NCBI RefSeq assembly: GCF_004010195.1
Contig: NC_057719.1
Coordinates: 14,789,849 to 14,817,826, forward strand
Origin: Chiloscyllium plagiosum
Lineage: Eukaryota
Direction of reading: 5' to 3'
Length of the DNA stretch: 27,978 nt
The notes beneath the pieces are model-generated. The model had not been told where the DNA came from, ran no database searches, and saw only the letters and a program-made list of their open reading frames with translations. Below, piece after piece: positions 1-11,004 of this stretch. The position numbers were made by a program, and so were the translations under genes. Numbering within the stretch: position 1 is the first letter of the stretch; the number at the start of each line of letters is the position of its first letter.

Positions 1-285
1 TGAACACTGCTGCTTCACAGCACCAGGGTCCCAGGTTCGATTCCAGCCTTGGGTGACTGTCTGTGTGGAGTTTGCACATTCTCTGCGTGGGTTTCCTCCA
101 GGTGCTCTGGTTTCATCCACACTCCGAAGATGTACAGGTGAATTGGTCATGCTAATTTGTCCCAGGAATGTGTAGGTATGAGTCTAGGGTAAATGTTGAG
201 CAGTAGGGGAATGTATCTGGGTAAGTTACTCTTTGGAGGATTGGTGTGGACTTATTGGGGTGAAGGGCCTGTTTCCACACTGCAG
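1..285 (+). mobile_element. HE1-type tRNA-derived V-SINE (5' end cut by window edge)
   Basis: B-box GGTTCGATTCC, V-domain-like GTCTGTGTGGAGTTTGCACATTCTC...GGGTTTCCTCC, LINE-derived tail GAAGGGCCTGTTTCCACACTG; aligns with four other copies in the window. Confidence 0.9.
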
Positions 286-543
286 TGTCTCTATATCATT
301 AGAGGTGCTATGTATTTGCAAAAATGAACTGAGCAGGGGAGTTGGATCGATGCTAGTGACAGTTGAGAAACTTTGGAGAATTGATATTCTTGTTCTTCTG
401 AGATTCAAATGGTCATTTCATGATTTGTTTTTATTTATGGGTATATTAACTATGAAGCCTGAAGTACCTAGACATCCACCAGAATTCTTGAATTGAATAC
501 AAAGATTCAAAGTGTAACCATTTGTTTTATGTCTCCAAGCAGT

Positions 544-1172
544 TGTTATGGACTAGATCAAACCCACTCAAAATATATTAAGAAGATTGCCCTAATGCCA
601 AATTTTCCTTATTTTTAAAGGCAAGTGTAAAGCATTGTAGGTCCAGACACAATTTGATTAGTCAAATAGCAGATTTGAAGCAAAACACACTTTATTCTTA
701 CACTACAGTTAAAATACAAACAAAAGAAAGAAGAATTTGTACAACAACTTTTGAAAAGCTTAACAGAAAAATAGATGATTTAACTACTAAACAGCTACCA
801 TTCCAATGTTGTAACATCCCATAAAAACACCCTTGGTAAAGGCAAATTCAGATAAATAAATTGTCTCACATTTCGATTGTCTAGTCTTGGAGAAAAAAAC
901 ATCAACAGAAAGCTCTGAGACATAAAGAGAGAGAGAGAGAGAACTCAAGCATTTTGCTGTAGTAGGGAGAGATATTTAGCAGCTTCCAAATCACAACAGC
1001 TACTGAAAGCTAGACTGAAATCCTAGCTCTGTGGGAGCTTGACCCTACCCCTTCATGCTGCTTCTACAAGCTGTTTACTTTATTGGCTTGGAACAGACTA
1101 CTCGTCACCTCTGTCTAACCTCCCTTTATAAAAACAAAATAAAATAGACCTCTTAAAGCCATGGTATCGTTA
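544..1172 (-). mobile_element. Probable solo LTR-like element (degenerate)
   Basis: Starts TGTTATGG; minus-strand AATAAA at 691-696; internal (GA)n; right end (GCCATGGTATCGTTA) lacks a clean CA and I see no clear TSD. Call rests partly on recollection of similar shark repeats. Confidence 0.4.
926..942. repeat. (AG)n microsatellite
   Basis: Visible dinucleotide run AGAGAGAGAGAGAGAGA. Confidence 0.85.
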
Positions 1173-1547
1173 GTAATTCCTTAAAAGAAACTTTTAAAAC
1201 TGGAATTTCCTCTTTAGGCCTTTGTATACTTGTTTCCTTAATGATTGCATTTGTCAGCTGGGCCTACAGTTAATGTTATGAAGCCTATGTAACTTAATAT
1301 TTTCACACCATAGACTCAGAAGATTGTACCTTACGTCTTTTGGCTAACTGGGAATTGCATTGTGTTTTTTGGAAGGATTCTCACTGTGAGGCACAGCAAA
1401 ACTTTTGGCAGCTACTTATAAAATTCGCTTCATTGACTACCTGCCCTATCCATATAGCATCTCTCAAATCCAAGTCAAGCCCAATTCTATAACCGTTCCC
1501 AGAACAATTCACCATTCAGTACATATCTGCTGGAAGACTGACATCAT

Positions 1548-1728
1548 CAGAGGCTCAGGGGTGACCTTATAGAGGTTTACAAAATTATGAGGGGTATGGA
1601 TAGGATAAATAGACAAAATCTTTTCCCTGGGGCGGCAGAGTCCGGAACTAGAGGGCATAGGTTTAGGGTGAGAGGGGAAAGATATAAAAGGGACCTTCCA
1701 TGCTGTACATCTCTATGACTCTATGACT
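1548..1728 (+). mobile_element. HER1/CR1 LINE 3' fragment with internal deletion
   Basis: Encodes RLRGDLIEVYKIMRG; near-identical to 18924-19070, then jumps at about 1696 to the CATCTCTATGACTCTATGA tail, about 200 bp missing relative to the 18-19 kb copy. Confidence 0.9.
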
Positions 1729-1949
1729 TGTACTTGTGCCAGGTTTGAAAGTCCACTGTGCACCCAGCCAAGTGTTGCAAATCCAGTATTGCCCCTCACC
1801 AGGAATGTAAAGGCACAGCAGCCTCAAAGCCAACCTTCTCACTGGACAAAACAGGCATGGCTAACACTCCCTCACAAATAAACCACACACCCCAACCTAC
1901 CCTTGTTCTCTTATCTGATCACCCTTGAAAAAAAAATCACAAACATAAC

Positions 1950-2462
1950 TCTGGTGCAGCCGCACTTGGAGTATTGCATATAGTTCTGGTCACTGCACTA
2001 TAGGAAGGATGTGGAAGCCCTGGAAAGGGTTCAGAGGTGATTTATTAGGATGTTGCCTGGTATGGAAGGAAGGTCTTATGTTTTCCTTGGAGAGAAAAAG
2101 GTTGAGGAGTGACTTAATTGAGACATATAAGATAACCAGTCGGTTAGATAGGATAGACAGTGAGAGACGTTTTCCTTGAATGGTGATGGCTAGCATGAGG
2201 GGACATAGCTTTAAATTGAGGGGTGATAGATATAGGGCAAATGTCAGAGGTAGTTTTTCTACTAGGAGAGTAGTAGAGGCATGAAACACACTGCCTGCAA
2301 CAGTAGTAGACTTGCCAACTTTCAGGGCACTTAAATGGTCATTGGATGAAAATAGAATAGTGTAGGATAGATGGGCTTCAGATTAGTTTCACAGGTCGGC
2401 ACAACATCAAGGGCCGAAGGGCCTGTACTGCGCTGTAATATTCTATATTCTATGTTCTATAC
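1950..2462 (+). mobile_element. CR1 LINE 3' fragment, second subfamily ((TTCTAT)-type tail)
   Basis: LVQPHLEYC..FWS..YRKDVEALERVQR motif with stops; 3' stem-loop GGGCCGAAGGGCCTGTACTG and TTCTATATTCTATGTTCTAT tail. Confidence 0.9.
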
Positions 2463-2744
2463 TTTGCTTGGCCTTAGATACATCCCATCTGAAGAACCTC
2501 TCTGAATCCTCACTACTCTTTTCCCAAAGACCAGTGGCCACCAACATTGTCCAGTCGATGCAGGCAATTATTTGGATAAGTCCAAGCATGAGCCAGCAAC
2601 ACAAAGAAACCAAATCGAGTTGTTCTTATCCACAATGTGAGCCAAATGTTAACATCTTGGCCTTGACTGTTGGTGATGGTTTTCTGCACCTAGCTAACAT
2701 CTGCTGGAACTGGGTTCAATCACATCCGGTCTGGTTTGTAATGC

Positions 2745-3850
2745 CTAATACAGCTGAACTCTGTCATCGATAAGGAGAGCTCTCTGCAGCTCAATCTCTT
2801 CATCCTGCTCCTCAGGTGACAGCTCCTGCTCTCCCAGTTCCATGGCATTTAGCATATTGTCCAATTGCCTCCTCCAATTGTGGAGGACACAGCATTCCAG
2901 GATGATGTGGTACACTCTGTCTGGGCTATACTGACTGGTCCAAACTGCTTTTGGCGGTCTTATCCTTTGTTTCACTGTGGCGCTGTTTGCAGAATATGTA
3001 CTAACTTGGGGATGATACTGCACCAGCTGAGAGACAGGCATATTACACCCAAAAGGATGCTGCACTCTGACACCCTTCCCATCTCGGATGCACATGAACC
3101 ATTTCACTTTCCAATGTGTCCATTAGAATCTAACATCACACTTACATGACAAATAATGTAGCATTATTCCCCTTGTCCCACAGCACATTTAGAAATTCCC
3201 ATAAGTGATGGGGTGCTTTCGACCTGTTGTCACCTTCTTTTAAGATATTGCCACTCACTGCTGCATCACTGAGATGATGATGTTAATTTATGAAGCCCCA
3301 GTGTCATGGTGCAGTCTGCCTTTGGCAAGCCTTTGACACATCAGCACATTCATTTGGCAAGCTTTGGAAATGGGGAAAGAAAATGATTGCATATGAAATG
3401 TAGCTGGTGTTTGCTAACCAATACTGACATCTTCAATGTCCTAGTAGATGTGAACTCCCATGCTTCTGCCCATCAACGTGACGCTGACTCTGCTCAGCCT
3501 GGGCATTGTCCGAGTCACTTTCACATCTAGAGAAGAACAAATGAAGGCAGGGAGTGAGCCTCATGGTGGACACTGTCGGCACTGGGCTCTGCTGTTGTCA
3601 TCAAGTATGCAGCAGGCTTTCAATGCTGGTTGTCAACGTGTTTTGCAGCACAGGTCTGTGCTTCCTAAGTGATCTGCAACTGGATTGGAGAGGTGCTATG
3701 AGGATCACATGGGGTTGACAAATATCAGATGCCAATGACCTTTGGATGATTAGCTGGTGCCCTTGTATCATGCTCCAAGATGCTGCAGGCTGCTCAGAGC
3801 CAGGGGCAGGCTGAGGTCACCAGTACATGTTCTGACTTCCATGTTGGGAA
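2745..3850 (-). pseudogene. Decayed PIF/Harbinger (DDE_Tnp_4, HARBI1-like) transposase
   Basis: ORF 2745-3107 contains QYSPDRVYHIILECCVLHN followed by an acidic tail, matching the Harbinger C-terminal motif LQYSPxxVxxIIxACCVLHN; the catalytic GDxGY and ExxxGxLK motifs are eroded. The extension beyond 3107 is inferred from faint remnants only. Confidence 0.7.
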
Positions 3851-4187
3851 TTTCTGATCATTGCTTATTTGACATGTTTGGAAAGATAGTAGGCTGAACA
3901 ATATTTCGATGATTCGGAGCATTAATAAGGTATTTAACAAGCAATAATCTCCGAATCCCCATTACTCTTTTTCCCAAAGACCAGTGGCCACCCACATCTT
4001 GTAATTGTCCAGTGAGAAACCCCTGCTCAGACCGCTGTGAGGTTCCACCCATAATCTCAGCCATTTTGAAGCTGCAACTGTTTTGGGATTGACATTTTCA
4101 GAATTCGGAGAGCATTGAAGGAACTGACTCAACAGTCGATGTGGCTACTTTCTATAACTTTGGATCCCCAAATCCCAAGTCCAATTA

Positions 4188-4325
4188 ACTTGAAACGTTA
4201 ACTCTGTTTCTTTCCCTACAGAACTGTTGTGTTTCTCCAGCGCGTTCCACTGAGAAAGGATCATGGATTTTTCTCCAAAAAAGCTGCCAGACCTGCTGAG
4301 CTTTCCCACCAATGTTTGTTCTTGT
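4188..4325 (+). mobile_element. Penelope-type terminal repeat remnant
   Basis: GAAACGTTAACTCTGTTTC and GCTGCCAGACCTGCTGAGCTTT, shared with 17470-17541 and 7704-7749. Confidence 0.65.
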
Positions 4326-5136
4326 GTTTTATTCTTCTCAATGATTGGTTCACTTTAGTATAATTTTCAGTTTGCACTGAACTGCAGTGATACCAATGTA
4401 CGTAATGAATTCTGTGCTGATCTGTAACAATAAAGCACTTCCTGGGGATTTTGACCTATCAACCTTATCTTTTAGATGGTAACTGTGTAAATGCTTTGGC
4501 CATAAAGTAATTCTGTGAGATTACTGTTGTTAGATGAAATGGATTTGCGTATATTTTGTTTCAGATAGGCAAATGCCTTCATTAAAATGAAGGGTGAATG
4601 TATTTCCTGTGAATGAATTAAGTGTTCATATGCTAACATTCACACATTATAATTTCAAGTTCGTTGCTTTTGGCAAATACAGCTACATTACCACAGAGAG
4701 GACTTTTGTTTTCTTTAGTAGTGGGATTGTGGTTTATGTTCAGTTATTCAGAGGAACAGAAAAATCCCAGAGGAAGCAAACATTGTTTTCGTTGAGGTAG
4801 AATGGAAAACTGTGAATACTGGAAAATTGAAAAAGAGAGAGGTACATGGGAATTTCTAGACAGGAAAAGACTCAGATCCATCTAATTCACCTTCTACAAC
4901 CCGTTAACCACATGGCACAATGATAAAGGAATGGTGGACGAATCATAGCAATCAATCTCTGATAATTCTTTAACAGTAAATCCAGAAATGAAATCCCCAA
5001 AATTGGAAAGCTTGGGATGAAGGCCTTTGCCGATCCTTCATTCCCAGCACATGTCCACAGGGAAAACCCTAGTTTAAAAATAAATGGCAATACTTGAAAA
5101 TGAAAGTATTGATCGCACTGATGCTCTAGTGTTCCA

Positions 5137-5798
5137 TTTTTGTAGGTAAATCAGAGCAGGACTTAGACAATTAATGGTAAGGTCCTGAGGAGTGTTGCAG
5201 AACAAAGAGCCCTTAGAGTGCGGGTTCATAGTTCCTTGAAGCTGGAGTCACAGGTAGACAGGATAGTGAAGAAAGTGTTTGGTGTGCTTGCCTTGAGTGC
5301 ATTGAGTATATGAGTTGGGAGGTCATGTTGCAGCTGTTCAAGACATTAGTTAGGACACTTTTGGGACACTGCATTCAATTCTTATTTTCCAACTATAGGA
5401 CAGATACTGCCAAACTTGAAAGGGTAAAGAAAAGATTTATAAGGATATTCCCAGGTTGGAGGGTTTGAGCTACAGGGAGACACTGAATAGGCTGGGGTTA
5501 TTTACCCTGGAGCATCAGAGGCTGAGGGGTGACCTTATAGAGGTTAATAAAATTAAGAAGGGCATGGAAAGGATGAATAGCCAAGATCTTTTTGGCAGCG
5601 GGGGTGGAGTCCAAAACTAGAGAACATAGGTTTAAGGTGAGAGGGTAATATATAAAAGGAACGAAGGGGCAATTTTTTCATGAAGAGGATGGTGTGTTAT
5701 GGAATGAGCTGCCAGAAGAAGTGGTGGAGGCTGGTACAATTACAACATTTAAAAGGCATCTGGATGTGTATATGAATCAGAAGGGTTTGGATATGATC
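5137..5798 (+). mobile_element. HER1/CR1 LINE 3' fragment (part upstream of the LTR insertion)
   Basis: Colinear with 18533-19200 (NGKVL..VAEQR, RLRGDLIEV, WNELPEEVVEAG), with frameshifts. Confidence 0.92.
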
Positions 5799-6520
5799 TG
5801 CAAGCGGGCATCAGAGCCACCCCACATTTGCCATGGGACTATGCCTACATCGGTAAAACTATAGGAATTCATTTTGTGTTTTAAATGGCAGCCGCAGCTT
5901 AAACCCACAGAACTCAGCAGCTGCCGGTCCGCCCACGTGACCGGGAGATGGGAGCCAGAGGACAGATCAAATCTACACTAGGCCAGACACTACCCATGAC
6001 TCATAGACCGAAACTCCGGAGCTAATTAATATGGAAACTCATCTCCTAATCAAATCAAGAGACTGATTGAAACTCACCCATATTCATCAATACAGAACCA
6101 TCCTGACACAAAGGACAGGCATCCACCAGACAGGAACGAACAGACTAATACACACCAGCACCCCAAGGGAACAAAGGGGGGTGCTAGCCCCCAGCCCTCA
6201 CAGAGAGAGACAAGCAGATAGTACCCGGAACCGTTTACATAATCCAATTAGCACCCTATTGTGTGTACACTGCAACTCTCCTGGGATGGCAGGAAACCCA
6301 CCATTTGCACCTACTCCAGCGATGATGGAGAACTATCATCCCATTCATACTCAAAATCCTTACATCCTGACAAAGAAATGTGTAGCAGCGCGCGGGAACA
6401 GCAGAACAGCCGAGATTCGGACCTCGGTTGGTCTCCGCCGGTGTTACTAAATCAATAAACGTTACCGATTGTTGAACCGCACTCTGGGCTCGAACTGATA
6501 TCATTTCATCCGCGCTAACA
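5799..6520 (+). mobile_element. Solo LTR (722 bp), ERV- or Gypsy-type
   Basis: TG...CA termini; perfect 4-bp TSD GATC (5795-5798 and 6521-6524); AATAAA at 6454-6459; removing it rejoins the HER1 3' UTR (GGATATGATCCAAATGCTGGCAAATGGGACTAG). Confidence 0.9.
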
Positions 6521-6667
6521 GATCCAAATGCTGGCAAATGGGACTAGATTAATTTAAGAAATCTGGTCCGAAAAGTGTGTTTCCATGATGTACATCTCTA
6601 TGACTCCATAACTGTATAACTCTATGGTTCTGTAGCTCTATAACTCTACAACTCTATAACTCTATAT
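6521..6667 (+). mobile_element. HER1/CR1 3' UTR and expanded 8-mer tail
   Basis: GCTGGCAAATGGGACTAGATT...GTACATCTCTATGA followed by about nine degenerate CTCTATRA units. Confidence 0.88.
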
Positions 6668-6676
6668 AGATAAATA

Positions 6677-6748
6677 TGGTCAGCCATGATCTCATTGACT
6701 GCCAAAACAGGCTCAAGAGACTGAATGGTCTACTACTGTTCCTAAGTC
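6677..6748 (+). mobile_element. CR1-type 3' tail remnant
   Basis: TCAGCCATGATCTCATTG...CAGGCTCAAGAGACTGAATGGTCTACT matches the tails at 23462-23535 (+) and 27720-27782 (-). Confidence 0.75.
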
Positions 6749-7336
6749 CCCATGAGATTACCAGTGTTTAAAATTTTATTAAGGACAAAACCAGACAGAA
6801 ATTTGAGAATCAATTGTAGAAATTAGGAAGTTGCTATCCTAGGTTGGTCTAAATGAATGCATTTCTTTGTGCTTTGAAGTTTTCTTCAGGCTTATTGTGG
6901 AAAGAAATGTATAATATGCCTTTATAAAGAGTACACTTAAAGTTGGAAATTGTAGTAAATAAAAATATTTGATTTATATAGGCCATCCCCCTGGCCTTCC
7001 CTGCTGCTCCTTAAAACTCAGACTGTCATCCCTGGTCCTCCTGCATTAGGAGTCGGTTGCCCATTTCCCAGAGTTGTGTCTCCGGGAATGCAGTTAAAAG
7101 AAAACACAATCTTGCAAATGTCATATGCTGGTCCGACTTGTTTTGTAGACATCAGGACAGAGTCAGAGAGTCATCGAGAGAGTTCTATCACTCTTTGTGG
7201 AAAGAACTGCTTCCGAACAATTCTCTTGAATGGTTTGGCCTTAATTTTTACAGAATGCTCCTTGTTCAAGGATCTCCAACCAGTGGAAATGAAATTTGGA
7301 CACAAAATTCAGAACCATGAATCTAGTCAATTGTAG

Positions 7337-7560
7337 CACTGTTGATTTCAACCTCACCTCTGAGGTTCAAAGTCTGATTCAAGTTCCTGACTAAGGCTTG
7401 AGCATAGATATCTAGGCTAACACTCCAATAAAATACTGATGGAGTGCCACAATGTTGGTGGTGTCATGTTTTGGATGAGAGTATAAACTGAGCTTCCGTC
7501 TGCTTGCTCAAATGTATGTTGAAAATCCCATACACAGATAAACAGGGAATGTACCTCCAT
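7337..7560 (+). mobile_element. Deu-domain SINE (SacSINE1/AmnSINE-like), 5' and central part
   Basis: GTTGGTGGTGTCATGTTTTGGATGAGAGTATAAACTGAG...GTCTGC...AAAATCCCAT resembles the Deu-domain consensus. Confidence 0.65.
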
Positions 7561-7569
7561 TGAAGAAAA

Positions 7570-7749
7570 AACTGAAAGAATTGCAGATGCTGGAAATCAG
7601 AAACAGGAACAGAAGTTGCTGGAAAAGCTCAGCAAGTCTGGCAGCATCTGTGGAGAGAAATTAGAGTTAATGTTTCAGTTCTAATGTTCTGAAGAAAGTC
7701 ACAGGATCCAAAATGTTAACTCAAGTTTCTCTCCACAGATGCTGCAAGA
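7570..7749. mobile_element. Fold-back Penelope-terminus element
   Basis: Arms GCAGCATCTGTGGAGAGAAA..GAGTTAA (7641-7670) and TTAACTC..TTTCTCTCCACAGATGCTGC (7716-7745) are reverse complements; CTGAAGA lies in the loop. Confidence 0.8.
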
Positions 7750-7807
7750 TACCTTCCATGTCTGTCAATCAAAATACACAAATATGGTCATTGACTTAAT
7801 GTGAGTT

Positions 7808-8385
7808 GATTTGATTTGATTTATTATTGTCACATGCACCTAAGTACAGCGAGAAGTTTTGTTTTTTGTGCAATACAGGTAGACCATACCATGCAAAGTG
7901 CATAAGGGTAATAGATCAGAGCAAGGAATACAATACTTCAGCTGCAGAGAAGGTGCACAAACAGCTAGATCAACTTGAGAGGTCCATTCAGCAGTCTAAT
8001 AACAGCATTAAAGAAGCTGTTCTTGAACCTGGTAATACATGTGTTTAAACTTTTGTATCTTCTGCCTGATGGAAGAGTTGGAAGAGAGTATTACCGGGGT
8101 GGGAGGGTCTTTGATGATGCGGGGTGGGAGGGTCTTTGATGATGCTGGCTACCTTTCCAAGACGGTGAGAAATATAGATGGAGTCAACAGATGGAAGGTT
8201 GGTCTGCGTGATGGACTGGGCTGTGTTCACAACTCTCTTTTTACGGTCCTGGGCAAAGCAGTTGCCATACCTAGCTGTGCTGCATCGAGATAGAATGATT
8301 TCTATAGTGCGTCTATAAACATTGTTGAATTTCCTTAGCTTTCCGAGGGAGTAGACGTGCAGTTTTGCTTTATTGATGTCACATC
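7808..8385 (-). mobile_element. Rex1/Babar LINE 3' fragment
   Basis: Minus ORF AQSITQTNLPSVDSIYISHRLGKVASIIKDP is typical of the Rex1/Babar C-terminus; (TCAAA)n tail preceded by AATAAA on the minus strand at about 7808-7826. Confidence 0.8.
8096..8145. repeat. Perfect 25-bp tandem duplication
   Basis: GGGGTGGGAGGGTCTTTGATGATGC twice (8096-8120, 8121-8145). Confidence 0.95.
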
Positions 8386-8522
8386 AGCATTTGCGGTGCA
8401 CGAATTAGCTATGATGTTTCAATGATTATAACAGTGACAACACGTCAGAGGTATTTCATTGCCTACGAGTACATTGAGACATCTGGTAGCCAGGAAAAGT
8501 GAACATAAATACAAGCCATCCT
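8386..8522 (+). mobile_element. Deu-domain SINE 3' part
   Basis: GTGCACGAATTAGCT...ATTATAACAGTGACAACAC...TTCATTG...ATAAATACAAG resembles the SacSINE1/AmnSINE 3' region; probably continues 7337-7560. Confidence 0.6.
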
Positions 8523-9619
8523 TTAGTCTCCAGTCAACAGAAAGTCAATGTCTTGCACTGTGCCTCCAAGATAGGAGTCAGTCTATGACAACTCTGAGCA
8601 TCTGGGATTTAGTCCATACCTGGACAAGAGAGCTATTCTTTGAGACTCACTCTGACCCAGACTCCTCCAAATAAAGAGCGACATGGTTCATTTGAGACAT
8701 AAGGCCACTGCCCATCATCTCTTCAATCTCTGCTCATAGGGGTCTGGTATAAAGTGATAGATTTGCTGTCCTCTATGGAGTATATTAAGAATATTTAGCT
8801 GCTGGGAGGTTTCTTCCATTCCCCAACCATTTGCCAGTTCCATAGGCCTTTGTAGAGGTGCCAACAGGACCTACATGGTCTAGTTAAGAACATCTGGGTG
8901 GCCCATAATATTTAACACCTGCCAAATGAAAGATTCCCAGGACGTCAAAAATGTTTTAAAACCTTACAGCCCTCATTAAAATTGTTTACTTTCTCTTTTT
9001 ATCTTTTCCTGCCATTCTTTTGACAGGCGTGTACGGCAGAAAACCATCTTGTCTGAGACACCAAAGTGAGGTTCAAAATTCACGACTTAGGGGAGACGGT
9101 GAAAGGGAGCCTTGCTGTGAAAGATCTGCAGTTAAAAATAACATGAATAAAAGTCGGCAAAGTGGTATAAATTGCAAAGCTGAAAGAATCATTCCACACA
9201 TATGATGAAAAGGTCAATAGATCAGATTAATCGGCATAGTTTCACTTTTACTCAGTCGACAATTAAAGGTAATTGAATCTTCTATTAAATTTCTAACAAA
9301 AAATATTGCATGGCTGTAATTCTCTTGGATTTAAAATTAAACTCCCTGCCTGCATTTAAAAGCAACATTACCATCTCTTGGTCTCTGATCAATACCTAGA
9401 CTTCCATATTACAGAGGAATGTATATCAACAATTATGATAGGAATCATAGATAATTAGCAAATATATTGATTCCCAAATCTCTGATAGTATGCAAAGTTG
9501 TAGAGTGATAGTTTCTCTCCTCAAAAGAATTGACTAAAATCCGTGAAAATCTACATTTTGTGTATATTCAATTAATTGCAAGGAGAAACGTGGTGTTGTA
9601 ACACCCGACAAAAATCAAT

Positions 9620-9860
9620 TGAAATAACAAGAGAGATTGTGTGGAAACTCAGCAGGTTTGGCACCATCTGTGGAGAGAGAGAAACTGAGTTCTGATGTGA
9701 CTCTTCTTCAGAACTGAAAGGGATTGGTAAATAGTGCTTTTTATGCTGTTGATAGAGGAGGACAGATTGGACAATGGTGGTACACGGAGCAGAAGATAAA
9801 GAGAGCGCTGTTGATACTAAAGGATAAATAGAGATGCAAAATAGTTGAAAATGTTAAGTC
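9620..9860 (-). mobile_element. Penelope-type 3' end/terminal repeat remnant
   Basis: AAACTCAGCAGGTTTGGCACCATCTGTGGAGAGAG; minus strand reads AGTTCTGAAGAAGAGTCAC. Confidence 0.65.
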
Positions 9861-9919
9861 TCATGTTTGAAGTATACAATTAACCCCCAAGACCAGATCA
9901 CTTTGAAGGAGAGAGTTCC

Positions 9920-10125
9920 AAATTTCAACTACCCTTTATATAAAGGAATGTTACCTGCCATCAGCCCTGGAAAGTCCAATTCACTTTTTATTATTATGAC
10001 CCCTTGCTCTGGACTCATACAACAAGAGAAATGTTTTCTCTTCATCTGCACATTTGAGCCCTTTAATCATCTTGAACACCTCAATTAGATTACTCCTTAA
10101 GCTCCACTGTAAAAGGAATATTAGC
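9920..10125 (-). mobile_element. Old CR1 remnant
   Basis: Reverse complement resembles ...GVQDD..LK..RE..ESRARGH.. of CR1 ORF2 ends; heavily decayed. Confidence 0.5.
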
Positions 10126-11004
10126 TTAACTGCAGTTATATTAAATCTACATGGCTATCATATACATCAACATGCAGTTCTAAATTATGTCAAAATCTAC
10201 ATTTCAGTGCAAATAGTTTACAAAACCCTTTTTCGTTTTCTTTCTAGGGCCACAGGTAACACTTTGGTAGAATACATGGCCCTCCCACTGTCCAAATACA
10301 CAAGTTAGTTGAGGTTTGTTTTTGACTTATGACATTATTAAGATCAGATGCAGGTTCATTAAATTAGTGCCAGGGTTGAATAGTTTGTATCATGCAGTGC
10401 TATTGAAACAGATCTGTGAACATTGCATTCACTGGCATTAATAATTGCAGGTGGTATAGGTCTGTGTTGGTGGAAATCAAACACAGGGCTACCACAGTGT
10501 GTACTGCAAAGAGAAAAACCTCGTTAAGCTGACACAACTGACAAAATGCCAGGAATAAAGCTGAGCCGAACATGTAGAAGTGTTTTTTACAAGCACAGGC
10601 TTTGGAAAGAATTGCAGGACAGGTTTGAAATGGCATTAGATTTTGTTCATACTTTGGACAAGTTTAAACTGACAAAAGAAATTGCATTGTTTAGATGGAT
10701 GTGGAGTTGGTGGGAGGGATCGGCAGCTGTGGTTGGCTGCAGCTCACTGTTGGTCTCGAAGGGAGCGCCGATAACCTTTAGGGAATGATTCGGAACTTAT
10801 TTTGCTGGGACCTCTTCACCTCATGAAACGGGATGGAAATTGCAAGAAGCAGATTTAAACAGTTAACAATCAGAATCCATTGAATTACTCATTTGCATTA
10901 ACAAACCAGGCCCAACGCTATCACAGCTCTAGTTCAGTTCTGTAAATTTCTTGGGCCTTCATACTATGCCTAGGTACTCTAGCCACAAATGCCACTCCCT
11001 AGGG

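Noticed and set aside
6067..6537. Overlapping ORFs of 127, 93 and 65 aa
   Set aside because: All lie in the solo LTR, start at non-ATG or arbitrary codons and show no gag/pol/env motifs
6590..6667. Periodic repeat as a CRISPR-like array
   Set aside because: 8-mer LINE tail microsatellite with no spacers; eukaryotic context and no cas genes
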